From Elusimicrobiota bacterium (GTDB taxonomy: Bacteria > Elusimicrobiota > Elusimicrobia > F11): a stretch of 8,009 nt of DNA. Shown here piece after piece: positions 5,469 through 8,009 of this stretch (positions are counted from its first letter, which is position 1; every line of letters begins with the position of its first letter). Where the stretch lies: assembly GCA_046153645.1 (NCBI GenBank), contig JBJXGI010000091.1, positions 1 through 8,009 on the forward strand, read 5' to 3'. The notes beneath the pieces were generated by a model. The model was not told the DNA's origin. It saw only the letters and a list, made by a program, of their open reading frames with translations, and did not search any database. A program made the position numbers and the translations under genes.

Positions 5469-8009
5469 TTACGCAGCAACAAGCGCATCTTCGAGGGATT
5501 TGAAGAAGTCGTTGAGTGATAAATTGCCGTTTATTTGAGGGAGGTTTTTGAAGAGCTCGCCTCTTAAGTAAATTTGAATGAATTGATCGTCTAGTGAATG
5601 GTTTTTTCCATTTATAATAACCTCTCCACCAGCAGTCCATTTGGTTTCTTCAATGGATATTTTGATTTGAAGGGTTTTATGGATAAAGGCTTCAATGAAT
5701 TCAGAGTTCTTTTTTTTGTTTTCTATAAGGGCTTTTTGAATAACCTGAGAAAGGGAAATTTCACCCAAATTTACTTTCCTTAGTTCTTCTTCTGAGAGGA
5801 ATAAATAGTTTTTATTTTTTTCTTTGAGTGAACTCGGCCCAACAAAAACCAATAGATCATTCTTGTTTTTATTTTGTTCATGGGTGCCAATAAGAGCTGA
5901 AATTTCTTCAGCCGTTTTTACTTGAACAATAGAAAGTTGATGTGTGATAGGTTCGTCATGACGTCCTTTTTGTTCAAAAGATAAAGATCCCCAATCCGAA
6001 AGGCCCGAAGGTTCCACTTGAGGAAGGGACGATTTTTTTCCTTTTCGAACCCTATCTTGGAAAAGAACAATTAAAAATAAAATGCTGATGAGCGCTACTA
6101 TTCCAGCAGGCAGCGATTCCATGAACATGAGTCCCAAAACAGCAATAGAGAGAAAAGGATTAAACTGCAACTTATTCCTGTCTAATAATTTCTCGAACTT
6201 AAGTTTAAGAGTCTCTAGAAAATGAATGGAATTGTTTGAATTGTTAGTCACAGTGACAGGATCCAAAACAGGAAGAGTCCATTCTCTAACCGTTTTGTCG
6301 GCACTTCCCGAGGCGATATTTTTTCCATCTGGACTAAAAGCAAGGGAATAGACATCCTCCCTATGACCTTTAAATGATTTGAGGGGAGTGTTCACGACCC
6401 CTTTGTCATTGGTTATTGCGTTGACATCCCAGAGTTCGATGGTTTTGCCATTACTTCCCGAGGCGAGTGTTTGTCCATCTGGACTAAAAGCAAGGGAATA
6501 GATAATCCCCTGCCCTTTAAATGATTTGAGGGGTTTTTCAACAACGCCTTTTTCATCTACATCCGCATTAACATCCCAGAGTTTGATGGTTGTGTCCCAA
6601 TTTCCCGAGGCGATGTTTTTTCCATCTGGACTAAAAGCAAGGGAATAGACAATCCCCTGCTCTTTAAATGATTTGAGGGGTTTTTCAACGACGCCTTTTT
6701 CATCTGCATCCGCATTAACATCCCAGAGTTTGATGGTTGTGTCCCAACTTCCCGAGGCGATGTTTTTTCCATCTGGACTAAAAGCAAGGGAATAGACAGT
6801 ACTCTTATGACCTTCAAATGATTTGAGGGGCGTGTTCACGACGCCTTTTTTATCTGCATCCGCATTAACATCCCAGAGTTTGATGGTATTGTCCGTAGCT
6901 CCCGAGGCGATGTTTTTTCCATCTGGACTAAAAGCAAGGGAATAGACAATCCCCTTTTCTGTCTGATTAAAAGCACGGGAATAGACACTATCCTTATGCC
7001 CTTTAAACGATTTGAGGGGAGTGTTCACGACCCCTTTGTCATTGGTTGTTGCGTTGACATCCCAGAGTTTAATGGTATTGTCGCAACTTCCCGAGGCGAG
7101 CGTTTGTCCGTCCGGGCTAAAAGCGATCTCCTGTATATGGTCACTGTGACCGACAAATTCTTTTGTTTTGACCCATTTAGCGTTTTCACGCTTAAACAAA
7201 ATAATTTTTGCTGGGACTGCAGGTGTTGTATCGGTCGCATCTTGTTTATGATGCCCAACGGCTAGATAATTTCCATCGGGGCTATAGGCAACGGATTGAA
7301 CAGGCGCACCTACTTCTGTAGATATAAATGGTAAGTCTTCCGGTTTCATTTTTTTTAGTTTTTCAACATCCAACGGGTAATAAGTTTTTTCTTTTTTGAG
7401 CATTTTCCCCAATGTGGCGACTATTTTTTCGATGACGGTTTCAACCGAAAAAGAAGAGAGGAGGGGAGCGGGAGTTTTTGGTTGCCCCGTCTCTCCTTGG
7501 GGTTGGTTCGATGTCAATTCGAGAATTTGATTTTTGCCATCTAAAAAGACCCGCACCCACCCTTTTGTTCCCTCCGGACTGAGTTGAAGGTTGCTGTCAA
7601 TAGTCCACGTTTTCCCTGGCAGGCCGGGAATGGGGTCGCCGTTTTTGATGAGGGGTTTGGCGTTCGATAAGGCACCGGTCGTGGGATCTCGGTCGCATTC
7701 AAGAATTTGAAATGTGCCATCCAACTTGACCCGCACCCACACTTTTGTTCCCTCCGGACTGAGTTGAAGGTTGCTGACAATATTCCACGTTTTTCCTGAC
7801 ATGCCGGGAATGGGATCGCCGTTTTTGATGAGGGGTTTGGCGTTCGATAAGGCACCGGTCGTAAGGTCTCGGTCGCATTCGAGAATTTGATATTTGTCAT
7901 CTAACTTGACCCACACCCACGCTTTTGTTCCCTCCGGACTGAGTTGAAGGTCGCTGAGAATATTCCACGTTTTCCCTGGCAGGCCGGGAATGGGGTCGCC
8001 GTTTTTGAT
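5469..8009 (-). CDS. 5'-truncated large repeat protein: 60-aa tandem repeats, 7-bladed WD40 propeller, hydrophobic membrane segment(s) and an unrecognised ~200-aa C-terminal domain
   Basis: The frame stays open beyond the GTG at 7916 to base 8009 (IKNGDPIPGLPGKTWNILSDLQLSPEGTKAWVWVK...). WD40 units GH...VYSLAFSPDGKNIASGSWDTTIKLWD. Hydrophobic stretch FLSIAVLGLMFMESLPAGIVALISILFLIVLF at about 6060-6160. Confidence 0.92.
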   Translation of the reverse strand: MKNGDPIPGLPGKTWNILSDLQLSPEGTKAWVWVKLDDKYQILECDRDLTTGALSNAKPLIKNGDPIPGMSGKTWNIVSNLQLSPEGTKVWVRVKLDGTFQILECDRDPTTGALSNAKPLIKNGDPIPGLPGKTWTIDSNLQLSPEGTKGWVRVFLDGKNQILELTSNQPQGETGQPKTPAPLLSSFSVETVIEKIVATLGKMLKKEKTYYPLDVEKLKKMKPEDLPFISTEVGAPVQSVAYSPDGNYLAVGHHKQDATDTTPAVPAKIILFKRENAKWVKTKEFVGHSDHIQEIAFSPDGQTLASGSCDNTIKLWDVNATTNDKGVVNTPLKSFKGHKDSVYSRAFNQTEKGIVYSLAFSPDGKNIASGATDNTIKLWDVNADADKKGVVNTPLKSFEGHKSTVYSLAFSPDGKNIASGSWDTTIKLWDVNADADEKGVVEKPLKSFKEQGIVYSLAFSPDGKNIASGNWDTTIKLWDVNADVDEKGVVEKPLKSFKGQGIIYSLAFSPDGQTLASGSNGKTIELWDVNAITNDKGVVNTPLKSFKGHREDVYSLAFSPDGKNIASGSADKTVREWTLPVLDPVTVTNNSNNSIHFLETLKLKFEKLLDRNKLQFNPFLSIAVLGLMFMESLPAGIVALISILFLIVLFQDRVRKGKKSSLPQVEPSGLSDWGSLSFEQKGRHDEPITHQLSIVQVKTAEEISALIGTHEQNKNKNDLLVFVGPSSLKEKNKNYLFLSEEELRKVNLGEISLSQVIQKALIENKKKNSEFIEAFIHKTLQIKISIEETKWTAGGEVIINGKNHSLDDQFIQIYLRGELFKNLPQINGNLSLNDFFKSLEDALVAA
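6279..7313 (-). repeat. Intragenic WD40 tandem array: six highly similar units (6279-7148) plus one divergent unit
   Basis: The anchor ggactaaaagcaagggaataga and its variants occur at 6331, 6481, 6628, 6775, 6925, 6964 (partial) and 7114, giving spacings of 150, 147, 147, 150, 39 and 150 bp. Confidence 0.95.
7517..8009 (-). repeat. Intragenic 180-bp (60-aa) tandem repeat, at least 2.7 copies, running off the window
   Basis: Segments starting at 7561, 7741 and 7921 align without gaps. By hand count, 7561-7740 and 7741-7920 differ at 16 of 180 positions (~91% identity). Confidence 0.97.

Noticed and set aside
5390..5488. 33-aa N-terminal extension of the ATPase given by the ORF track
   Set aside because: It overlaps the neighbouring gene's 3' end and the palindrome/-10 box. 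The family normally begins about 20-25 aa before Walker A, which fits ATG 5389.
1168..7900. Small alternative ORFs (1168-1380, 3093-3284, 4330-4632, 5274-5519, 5386-5640, 5598-5783, 6557-6817, 6996-7265, 7025-7258, 7541-7900)
   Set aside because: They are antisense or off-frame overlaps of well-supported genes. Those in the repeats simply inherit the 3n periodicity.
7914..7916. GTG 7916 as the start of the large protein
   Set aside because: It lies mid-repeat and the frame is open to the window edge.
6279..8009. CRISPR array or diversity-generating retroelement (TR/VR) behind the repeats
   Set aside because: Units are 147-180 bp, contiguous, in frame and protein-coding, with no unique spacers. 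Differences are not confined to adenines, and no reverse transcriptase or cas gene is in the window.

Overview
The window has two compositionally different parts that meet abruptly at about 950. Bases 1-950 are GC-rich (roughly 60% by eye) and look Planctomycetota-like. They hold the 3' end of a probable prepilin-type/DUF1559-like gene, a heptamer microsatellite, a possible degenerate tRNA 3'-end (att-like) remnant and a small ORF. Bases ~950-8009 are AT-rich (mostly about 35-45% by eye). In order they encode a stand-alone cNMP-binding protein (-), a class I glutamine amidotransferase and era (+), and an Xre/MbcA-type antitoxin with a RES-domain toxin behind a near-consensus sigma70 promoter (+). 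Next comes a convergent AAA_14/DUF4143 ATPase preceded by a perfect 33-bp palindrome (-). Last is the 3' part (at least 846 codons, open to the window edge) of a large membrane-associated protein (-). That protein carries two internally conserved tandem repeat arrays: a 7-bladed WD40 propeller with 147/150-bp units and a 180-bp/60-aa repeat. No rRNA, intact tRNA, CRISPR array, transposase or reverse transcriptase was seen. All family calls come from motif recognition, not database searches.
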